A DNA stretch of 46,601 bases from Alphaproteobacteria bacterium (GTDB lineage Bacteria > Pseudomonadota > Alphaproteobacteria > Rs-D84): positions 1 through 46,601 of the forward strand of contig JBKSNB010000086.1 in the NCBI GenBank assembly GCA_046882025.1, written 5' to 3'. Shown one piece after another: positions 17,661 to 25,462 of the stretch; position 1 is the first letter of the stretch, and every line of letters begins with the position of its first letter. Under the pieces are notes generated by a model. It was not told the DNA's origin and did no database searches. It worked only from the letters and a program-made list of their open reading frames with translations. Position numbers and translations under genes: made by a program.

Positions 17661-19535
17661 ATGGAATGTATGAAAAAATTATTTATTGGGTCATTATGTG
17701 CAATTACCACATTAACACCTGCATTTGCGGACACTGACAAGTGCACCGACCGGGATTATAGATTATTAAACCCTGAAAAATGCCCAACGCAGAGTTTTAT
17801 GACAACGGGAACCATTTTGGGCATCAGCGGGGGCATCGCCGCCGTTGGCGGTATTGCTGCACTTATTGGTATGGCGGGCGGCGGTTCATCATCAGATGCG
17901 GGCATCGCACCATCTGGTCCAACAACAATATCTTTTCGTTCACCCGCATTGACAAATCAATCTTACCTGTATGACAGTACAGACAAACCGACAAACATTG
18001 ATTTCAGCAATGTAATAAATAGTCCGTACTATATCAAAAATGCCGAACAATATAATGCCATAGGGCTAAATTACGCACATGCACGTGAAAAATACGGCAA
18101 AGGTTCAGAAATTAAAATAATGGATAATTTTTACTATTCCGATGATATTACACACGGTAAAAAAGTATCTTATTTTGCGGAAACAATTGCCCCGTCTGCC
18201 CAGATACAAAATATAAACGTGGCAAATTCTAATGGCACATTAAATTTTAACGAATTTGCAGATAATATCAGCAACACAAAATCTATCTATAACGCCAGTT
18301 GGGAAACACAAACCATTTTCGCAACCCAGGCCACAACCCGCCAATCTATATCTGCCATAACAGGAAATCATTTTATTAACGAAATGGCACGTGCTGCAAA
18401 AGACAATGATTCTATATTCGTATTTGCCGCAGGTAACAGTGGCATGACCGAAAGTTCGGCTTTGTCCGCCCTGCCAATCGCAGTCGAAGAATTACAGGGA
18501 CATTTTATTAATGTTGTTGCATTTGACACAGACACAAACGCATTAGCCAATTATAGCAACCAATGTGGTATTACCCAAGATTATTGTATTGCCGCACCTG
18601 GTTCAAACCTGCACACAGATTATTACGAAAACCTGACATCCTATGGAACCAGTTTTGCCGCCCCAATCGTTACAGGTGCAATAGCAATCTTGCAAGAAAC
18701 ATTCGAAAATCTTACGTCAAATCAAATTGTAGAAATCTTGTTAAGGACGGCAACCGACCTGGGCGAAGATGGCGTCGACAACGTTTATGGATGGGGATTG
18801 TTAAACTTGGAACGCGCCACCAGACCAATTGGTGAAATGAAAGTGGCAATTTCAGGCGAAATCACACAACGCTTGTCAAGCGCGAATGTAACGCCCGCCA
18901 TTGCCGCATCAATCGCAAAATCAGGGGTGACAATGGCCGCATTTGACGAATATGGTCGCGCATATACCCAAAATTTAAGTGATAATGTCAAAATTGTAAA
19001 CCGTGGACGCGCGTTTGACCGCCTGCGCAAAAACGAAACTGCAAACGCTAAATTTGGCATTCTGGAATTTGGTTCCAGTAATGTAAACCTGCTTGAAGGT
19101 AGCGGATTCTTGCAAACAGATACATCACAAAACGGATATATTGCCACGAATTACACTTTTAATTTATCAGACAACGCAAAGTTATTTACCCGTGGTCAAC
19201 TGGGGATAATATCTGCACGCCCTGCCCCAGAATCATTAATTAAACATTTTTCAAACGTATTTACCGCATCTGCAACAATCGGTATGGAATACCAAGATTG
19301 GAAATTTGAATTTACAATTCCTGAAACAATTATATCTGGGAATATGAGTATGTCTTTGGCCAGCACACGTTTGCGTAATGGCGACATCGTATTTAATAAC
19401 TATGATTTCGATTTGGCGACCGACCCAGCATTCGAATACGCCATATCATACAAAAACATAACAGCTGGATTTGTTGATAATCCGATTGGCACAGATGAAT
19501 TTTATGTACTGGCAAAGACTAAAATTGCGTTTTAA
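17661..19535 (+). CDS. S8 subtilisin-family serine peptidase with C-terminal beta-barrel-like (autotransporter-like) domain
   Basis: Signal peptide (MKKLFIGSLCAITTLTPAFA; alternative ATG at 17670). Subtilase contexts EIKIMDNF (Asp), ITHGKKV (His), AAGNSG (Asn) and YGTSFAAPIVTGAIAIL (Ser). Beta-rich C-terminal domain ending KTKIAF. Confidence 0.8.
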   Translation: MECMKKLFIGSLCAITTLTPAFADTDKCTDRDYRLLNPEKCPTQSFMTTGTILGISGGIAAVGGIAALIGMAGGGSSSDAGIAPSGPTTISFRSPALTNQSYLYDSTDKPTNIDFSNVINSPYYIKNAEQYNAIGLNYAHAREKYGKGSEIKIMDNFYYSDDITHGKKVSYFAETIAPSAQIQNINVANSNGTLNFNEFADNISNTKSIYNASWETQTIFATQATTRQSISAITGNHFINEMARAAKDNDSIFVFAAGNSGMTESSALSALPIAVEELQGHFINVVAFDTDTNALANYSNQCGITQDYCIAAPGSNLHTDYYENLTSYGTSFAAPIVTGAIAILQETFENLTSNQIVEILLRTATDLGEDGVDNVYGWGLLNLERATRPIGEMKVAISGEITQRLSSANVTPAIAASIAKSGVTMAAFDEYGRAYTQNLSDNVKIVNRGRAFDRLRKNETANAKFGILEFGSSNVNLLEGSGFLQTDTSQNGYIATNYTFNLSDNAKLFTRGQLGIISARPAPESLIKHFSNVFTASATIGMEYQDWKFEFTIPETIISGNMSMSLASTRLRNGDIVFNNYDFDLATDPAFEYAISYKNITAGFVDNPIGTDEFYVLAKTKIAF

Positions 19536-20395
19536 TTATCGCGCCTTAAATCGAAATTATGTATATAACTAAATCCAATTCCTATGGACGTATTGCTGGC
19601 ATATTTATCTGCACCACGGGCCTTGGCCAAACGGTATTGAAAATATGGTCCCAATGCAAAATTTTTCCATATATTTGTATCTAAACGTATTGTTATATTC
19701 AAATCACGTTCAAAATCAGTGTAAACATACTGTGAATACGAAAAATACTCGCGATAATATCCATCTGTTGAAAACTTGACGCCATCACGAACATTGTATT
19801 CCGCGCGCCAACCCAGTTCTGCAGCGGCCTTGCTGGTCGGACTATCTGTATTGGTAAAATCATATTCATACACACCGACCAGATAAAGATTCTTTAATAT
19901 ATCATGGTCAAACAATGCAACACCTGCATTCGGACGTATAACATTATTTCTGTGCGGATTACCGACAAATTCTGTTTGATATTGTCCACGGAAAATTGGT
20001 CCAAATCTTAAACCGCCAAAATCCCAACATGCATACGACAAATCAGACGAAAACAATATTTTATCTGCACTTTCATCCTTGGTAACAGGTTTATCATATG
20101 GACGTAGTGTCGTTTTACCATATTCCATAAACAAGGAATTATCCCACTTAAACCGATTAAAACCATATTCCAACGCCGTATCAAAAACGCCCTTTAACAA
20201 ATCCTGACTTGTGGCCGTAAACGCAGATATTGGTGATTCCCGATATGCTTGTTCATTCTGCCCTGTAACATTAGTTTTGTTCCAATCGAAACCAATTCTG
20301 CGGATATTCAGATTAAACTTACTTTCGTTCGGCGACGCATCCGCCATTAAAACCGTTGGCATCAAACACATCAAACAAACCAGAATTTTTTTCAT
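19532..20395 (-). CDS. putative outer-membrane beta-barrel protein
   Basis: Start ATG 20395, giving the signal peptide MKKILVCLMCLMPTVLMADA. Aromatic-rich alternating strands (GIGFSYIHNF). Last gene of a 3-gene minus-strand operon. Confidence 0.5.
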   Translation of the reverse strand: MKKILVCLMCLMPTVLMADASPNESKFNLNIRRIGFDWNKTNVTGQNEQAYRESPISAFTATSQDLLKGVFDTALEYGFNRFKWDNSLFMEYGKTTLRPYDKPVTKDESADKILFSSDLSYACWDFGGLRFGPIFRGQYQTEFVGNPHRNNVIRPNAGVALFDHDILKNLYLVGVYEYDFTNTDSPTSKAAAELGWRAEYNVRDGVKFSTDGYYREYFSYSQYVYTDFERDLNITIRLDTNIWKNFALGPYFQYRLAKARGADKYASNTSIGIGFSYIHNFDLRRDN

Positions 20396-20405
20396 AAACA
20401 CACCC

Positions 20406-21017
20406 CTATTTCCAAATGTTAACTGCGGAATCATTCAAAGAATATTTCCACCCATTATCATGCAACGTCGCCATAAATTGTGAACGCTGATGCTTTTGCA
20501 CAAACAATGTCACCTGATTGCCCAAGATTTCATCTATAACAGTGTTAATTTTTTTATTATCAAGAATTTTATTTAATTCAGCCCAATCAGACAATGGATT
20601 TGCCAACTTAACACCCACAACAAAAACATCATCATTTGACGCCGATGTTTTTAACCAATTTTGCACCTCATTCTGCGTCAACCATTGCTGTGCCGCCACC
20701 GAATCAAGTGTCATATAAATGTTTGCAGCATATGTTGTATCTGAAAAACGTTCACCTTCTATTGTGGTTTGTGATATCAATCCCGTCAATTCATCATTTT
20801 TTGCTGCATCAACAACGGTCTTCAACTGATCACGGGCGGCATACTGACCCAATGTATCCATAATTATTTGATGTCGTGCCTCTGCCATAGCGATATTCTT
20901 GGCGGTCACCGCCGTATCGCTGGTAATATTAACAACGGCATTTCCCGACAACACATCCGCCATTGCCGATGGACAAACACACAAACAACAAACAAAAAAT
21001 TTAATAAACCTTAACAT
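20406..21017 (-). CDS. exported hypothetical protein
   Basis: Signal peptide MLRFIKFFVCCLCVCPSAMA. 203 aa and soluble-looking. Abuts the upstream gene (stop at 21018, start at 21017). No family recognised. Confidence 0.55.
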   Translation of the reverse strand: MLRFIKFFVCCLCVCPSAMADVLSGNAVVNITSDTAVTAKNIAMAEARHQIIMDTLGQYAARDQLKTVVDAAKNDELTGLISQTTIEGERFSDTTYAANIYMTLDSVAAQQWLTQNEVQNWLKTSASNDDVFVVGVKLANPLSDWAELNKILDNKKINTVIDEILGNQVTLFVQKHQRSQFMATLHDNGWKYSLNDSAVNIWK

Positions 21018-22583
21018 CTAAAAACGTGCCGCCACACCCAAATGAACACCCAATGATTTATAGAAAGATTTGGTTTCCCCAGAATCCTTTACCGACCATC
21101 CATTGTTTTTTGCGTCATTAATATACAACGCAACCGAATCAGCATCGTATGAATTTCCAGCACTATCGGTAAAACCACCATGCAACATATAATATTCTGC
21201 TTCATTTGGATCCATTCCTGGCAAATTTTTCCACGCAGCCAATTGTGCATCATATACGGCAGTATAGTATGTTGGATTCAAATATGTTGTCGCATCTGCA
21301 GATCCAACGTGATAATAATCATACGTCACACCAATGGATAACGCGATTGAATCTGTGATTGCAGTTGTCCAATTTGCACCTGCGCCCAAATGCAACCCTG
21401 AAAACATAGATGCCTTATCCTCTACACTTTTTGGGTGTTGCCAATCTGGACGATACGGTTGATCGCCGGTCGCATCATACCCCGGCAGTCCCAATTCCAA
21501 ACGTATATTGGCATTATTATTTTTGTTCATTTCATAATCCATATCCAATGCGACATACGGTCCAGACCACACAACATCGTAATCATGCGACGTTCCAGAT
21601 TGCGCATAATAATATGTATTTTCTGTGCTAACATAATTTGCGCCCGGTGACACCAGCACACCTGCAACATCCGCATACCCATCATTATCTACATCCAAAA
21701 GTTTGACGCCACCAACCGCCTGATTCGTAATTGGCTGTCCTTCGCCAGATTGATTAAAGAATATTAACAATGGACCACACTGAACTTCGCCCCCATCTGT
21801 TGTTACACAATTATTACTGACATCCATTGTATCAATTGCCATACCATAATTATCGTTTGTCTTTAATTTGTATTTCAGATACCGATATCCAACTGATGGT
21901 GTCACCCTAAAACCACCCACAGAAAACAAATCCGTTAAACCGACCCCGGCATTAAATCCCAACATATTTCCGCCACTTGTTTTGCCAACAGATAACGCAT
22001 GTCCCATTTGATATTTTTCAAACGCCTGACCCGTAGATGTTGTCCCCTTCCACGCAGATTGAACAAAGCCCCCCAATGAAATATCATCATCAATCATTGA
22101 CGAATCGCCAAACTGAAAACCATACCGAACACCCGCATTAATCTGGAAAGGAACCTTTACATTGCCGAATTTGTATCCACCATCAATTCCCAACACATTC
22201 CAACGAATATTATCATAGTGCAGTTTCGAACCTGCATTTTTCATTTCAAATTCCCAATTAGCAAATTCATGATTTAACCCTGCATCCAAAAAGAAACCAC
22301 TTTTCGATTCGCTAGGTGCCACCTGTTTTTGCGTCTGTTGTGCAACAGGGGCACGTTGTTGGCTGACATTCGTGCCCACAGAATAGCGTGCATTTGTATA
22401 TGATGTATATCCATTTGCATTTGCGTTGTTCGCATTGTTATTACGATAATTAACATAGCCCGCCGCACTGGAATAAGAACGATTATTATTCGTGCTGTTG
22501 TAATACGTTCCCGCTGCACTTGCGACAACCGGCAACAATGAAACAATTAACGACGCACGCAAAATATGTGACAGATAAAACAT
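21018..22583 (-). CDS. putative outer-membrane beta-barrel protein with Asn/Tyr-rich N-terminal tract
   Basis: Start ATG 22583 (AAGGAG SD), giving the signal MFYLSHILRASLIVSLLPVVASAAG. Beta-strand-rich, ending HLGVAARF (terminal Phe, beta-signal-like). Confidence 0.55.
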   Translation of the reverse strand: MFYLSHILRASLIVSLLPVVASAAGTYYNSTNNNRSYSSAAGYVNYRNNNANNANANGYTSYTNARYSVGTNVSQQRAPVAQQTQKQVAPSESKSGFFLDAGLNHEFANWEFEMKNAGSKLHYDNIRWNVLGIDGGYKFGNVKVPFQINAGVRYGFQFGDSSMIDDDISLGGFVQSAWKGTTSTGQAFEKYQMGHALSVGKTSGGNMLGFNAGVGLTDLFSVGGFRVTPSVGYRYLKYKLKTNDNYGMAIDTMDVSNNCVTTDGGEVQCGPLLIFFNQSGEGQPITNQAVGGVKLLDVDNDGYADVAGVLVSPGANYVSTENTYYYAQSGTSHDYDVVWSGPYVALDMDYEMNKNNNANIRLELGLPGYDATGDQPYRPDWQHPKSVEDKASMFSGLHLGAGANWTTAITDSIALSIGVTYDYYHVGSADATTYLNPTYYTAVYDAQLAAWKNLPGMDPNEAEYYMLHGGFTDSAGNSYDADSVALYINDAKNNGWSVKDSGETKSFYKSLGVHLGVAARF

Positions 22584-22667
22584 CAAAAAACTCCTTACCT
22601 TAAAATATCTTATCACAAAACAGTTGCAAAAAAAACACTTTATTGCAAGAATAAACAATCAGTTGAC

Positions 22668-22752
22668 GCAGTCGTGGCGGAATTGGTATACGCGCAGCAC
22701 TAAGGATGCTGTGGGGAAACCCTTGGGGGTTCAAGTCCCCCCGGCTGCACCA
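22668..22752 (+). tRNA. tRNA-Leu, anticodon AAG (A34), class II with long variable arm, CCA encoded
   Basis: Acceptor GCAGTCG/CGGCTGC. D arm GCG-GAATTGGTATA-CGC. Anticodon stem CAGCA/TGCTG with loop CTAAGGA. 13-nt variable arm. T arm GGGGG-TTCAAGT-CCCCC. Position by position it matches the layout of E. coli tRNA-Leu. Confidence 0.9.
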
Positions 22753-22783
22753 AAAAAAACTATAATTAAATATAAAAATATAC

Positions 22784-22813
22784 TTGCCCACAAAAAACGA
22801 AATTTGCTAACAT
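22784..22813 (+). promoter_or_regulatory. promoter candidate (TTGCCC-N18-TAACAT) for the 861-aa Cys-rich gene
   Basis: The -10 lies 13 nt upstream of the ATG. Start context ATAAGGATGAAAGGA. Confidence 0.3.
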
Positions 22814-22826
22814 TCATCACATAAGG

Positions 22827-25412
22827 ATGAAAGGACTTAGGTACATTTTGGCTGTATGCCTTATCCCACTTGTATGTTGGGACACATGGGCGGCTGATGG
22901 TGCGGCTGTTTCGCGCGCCACTGTTCGTCGTGAAACAGCATCATCACGTGGATCTGTGGGTACAACCACGCGTTCAACCGCACCAACCAAGGTCACTATT
23001 CGTGCACGCACAACCACCACACCACGCACAACATCACAACGCCAAACAAATTCGACAGTGCGAACAAATGCGCGGGCTGCGACCACACAATCGAACCCAC
23101 GAACAACGACTGCGCGTGCAGCATTAAATTCTGACGCAGTAAACAATGTTTTGTCCCGCAACTATTCCAACTGCAAAAACGTATTTAACGAATGCATGGA
23201 TGAATTCTGCGCGAACAAGGATAGTCAATTAAAACGCTGTGCATGTTCTGCCCGAATTCATGATTTTGATTCAACCAAGAAACAACTTAATGCCGCCGAA
23301 GATAAATTATTAGATTTCAGCCAACGTTTATTGACCGTAAACCTGGACAAGGAAGACGCCCTGGCAATAAATACCGCCACCGAAGGTGAATTGGCATTCT
23401 ATAACACCACAGACACATCCCAATCAAAACGTGCATTGGATGCGATTGCAAAAAAATTGAACACATCTTTCAAGGGGTCTAATTTTAATACAAATGTGTC
23501 AAACCTGACATGGTCATTGAACGCGGACAGTGCATTTGATTCTGTTAATTCCATGGCGGGCGCATCGACCACAACCAAGAATGGAACGGCACTATATTCT
23601 GCGGCATTGCCGATATGTCGGGAAATGGCACGCGAAGTATGTTCTGAATATGAATTAACCATTGCCGAAAACGGCTATCAAATGTTAATTGCCCAGGATT
23701 GCAACACCGTTGAAAAAACGTATAAGACCCAGGTTGACCAAACCCGCGATAAAATCTTAGAAAGCAGCGCCCTGTTGGATATGTCACGTTTGGATATTTA
23801 TCAACAGCGTAATTCTGATGATATTTTAACGTGCAAGGGTAAAATGTTGGAAATGTTGACCGACAATACGGTTTGCGGTCCAACACTTGATAAATGTTTG
23901 GATAATACGGGGCGTTATATTAATCCAACAACGGGAACGGCATTTTTAACCGTAAATCTGACTGATTTGAATAATTTGATAATCCGTCCGACGGGCAATC
24001 AGACCTGGGCATCATTGAACCCCAGTTTTATATCATTTCTGAATTCGAAACGCAAATATATAGAAACGGCATCTGAACATTGCCAGGATATCGCCGACAA
24101 CGTATGGACCGCATTTGTCGAAGATGCATTGGCACAGATTAAATTGGCCCAGGCGGCAAAATTGGAAACCATACGCCAGGGTTGCACAACCCTGTCGTCA
24201 CAGTGCCTGACAGAATCCATCAAATCGATTCAGGATTTCGATTCACGTGCTCTGTCTATATTTGGTGTAAATGCGAATAAAACTGCGAATGGAATGTGCA
24301 GCGACATAATCAAATCATGCGAATTGGTTTTAGGCGACGATGATTCTAAATTATGGTCTACGGGTATGACCGATATTGCGACAATGGAAACATACGAAAC
24401 GATTATGTCCACCTGTCGCGAAGTCGGACGCAGTTGTATCATACGTTCGTGTTCATCAATATCTGGAAACTTTGGTTTATGCGAAAGTACCACTTATTCT
24501 GTAAACCGTGCATCAATATTAAATCGTTTGGCATGTTGGGACGAAGTAAAGGTGTGTGTTGAATCTGCGGGCAAATCATTGAACAACATTATGACAACAA
24601 TGGCGGGTGAAATTGGATTTGATAAGGACAACAACAACTTTTACAAAAAATTATATGGCGACAAAACACCAAACGACGCAATATGTTCTGGTGAATCGGG
24701 CGACTATGCGTGTTACCTGACGGAACGCATTTGGGGCAATTGCGATGACAAACCATCATCAGACGCATCAAACAAAATAATGAAACCAACTGACACCCAA
24801 GAAACAACATTGTTAAGTTGGTTCGCATCCAATACATCTTATTCGTGCAATGTTGCCATTTGTCCAGAAGGCAAAATATTAAAACAAACCAGCGACTCTT
24901 CTTATTACTGTGTAAATGCTGGCGACTATATTTGTGATGTTAAATGTAGCGGTACCAAAAGAATTTGGGTTACATCTGATGTTCAAAACTGTTGCACAAC
25001 TGGCACGGATGCCTATGGTAATTGCTGTTCAAATAAAACAATACTTACACCAGGCCACTCTGACAAATGGTGGGGCAACGAATTTAACCAAAAAATATGC
25101 GTGCCATCAGATAATTATAAATATATTATCAGTTATAATGGCACCACCCTGTTTTGTGGTGGGGATGTTGATGACTCTGATCCAAATAAAATAACATGCA
25201 ACAATTCAATGTTTAAAATTGATACGATTAACAAAGGTAATAAGAATAATGAGAATTGGAACTATGTTTCATTGGGTGATTCATTAAACATAACCCAATC
25301 TTATATTGCAGACACAACCGATAGCGGGACCTGCGCTAGCTCAGTATGCACGTTCAATGGCACATGGGGGGAATGTGAATCCCCACAACACTGGTCAGTG
25401 AATTTCGAATAA
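22827..25412 (+). CDS. giant secreted cysteine-rich protein, CMDxFC-motif family (member 1, 861 aa)
   Basis: Signal peptide MKGLRYILAVCLIPLVCWDTWA. Arg/Thr/Ser-rich tract (aa 25-100). Motif NCKNVFNECMDEFCANKDSQLKRCACS. The rest is a long region with many paired Cys. Closest paralogue is 43522-45801. Confidence 0.8.
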   Translation: MKGLRYILAVCLIPLVCWDTWAADGAAVSRATVRRETASSRGSVGTTTRSTAPTKVTIRARTTTTPRTTSQRQTNSTVRTNARAATTQSNPRTTTARAALNSDAVNNVLSRNYSNCKNVFNECMDEFCANKDSQLKRCACSARIHDFDSTKKQLNAAEDKLLDFSQRLLTVNLDKEDALAINTATEGELAFYNTTDTSQSKRALDAIAKKLNTSFKGSNFNTNVSNLTWSLNADSAFDSVNSMAGASTTTKNGTALYSAALPICREMAREVCSEYELTIAENGYQMLIAQDCNTVEKTYKTQVDQTRDKILESSALLDMSRLDIYQQRNSDDILTCKGKMLEMLTDNTVCGPTLDKCLDNTGRYINPTTGTAFLTVNLTDLNNLIIRPTGNQTWASLNPSFISFLNSKRKYIETASEHCQDIADNVWTAFVEDALAQIKLAQAAKLETIRQGCTTLSSQCLTESIKSIQDFDSRALSIFGVNANKTANGMCSDIIKSCELVLGDDDSKLWSTGMTDIATMETYETIMSTCREVGRSCIIRSCSSISGNFGLCESTTYSVNRASILNRLACWDEVKVCVESAGKSLNNIMTTMAGEIGFDKDNNNFYKKLYGDKTPNDAICSGESGDYACYLTERIWGNCDDKPSSDASNKIMKPTDTQETTLLSWFASNTSYSCNVAICPEGKILKQTSDSSYYCVNAGDYICDVKCSGTKRIWVTSDVQNCCTTGTDAYGNCCSNKTILTPGHSDKWWGNEFNQKICVPSDNYKYIISYNGTTLFCGGDVDDSDPNKITCNNSMFKIDTINKGNKNNENWNYVSLGDSLNITQSYIADTTDSGTCASSVCTFNGTWGECESPQHWSVNFE

Positions 25413-25421
25413 AAATTTTTA

Positions 25422-25450
25422 TTGATATTCGTCACAGTTTTTTCTAACAT
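25422..25450 (+). promoter_or_regulatory. promoter candidate (TTGATA-N17-TAACAT) for the 595-aa Cys-rich gene
   Basis: Located in the 50-bp gap between the two Cys-rich genes. AGGAA SD directly before the ATG at 25463. Confidence 0.3.
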
Positions 25451-25462
25451 CTATACCAGGAA

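Noticed and set aside
22584-22658. Upstream extension (25 codons) of the 546-aa track ORF toward the tRNA gene.
   Set aside because: The internal ATG at 22583 has a perfect AAGGAG SD and begins a canonical signal peptide. The extension (MFILAIKCFFCNCFVIRYFKVRSFL) runs to within 10 nt of the tRNA-Leu gene.
22817-23161. 114-aa ORF on the minus strand, rich in Val/Arg/Ala.
   Set aside because: It is the mirror frame of the locally GC-rich Arg/Thr/Ser-coding tract of the 861-aa secreted protein. It is an artefact of low-complexity codon usage.
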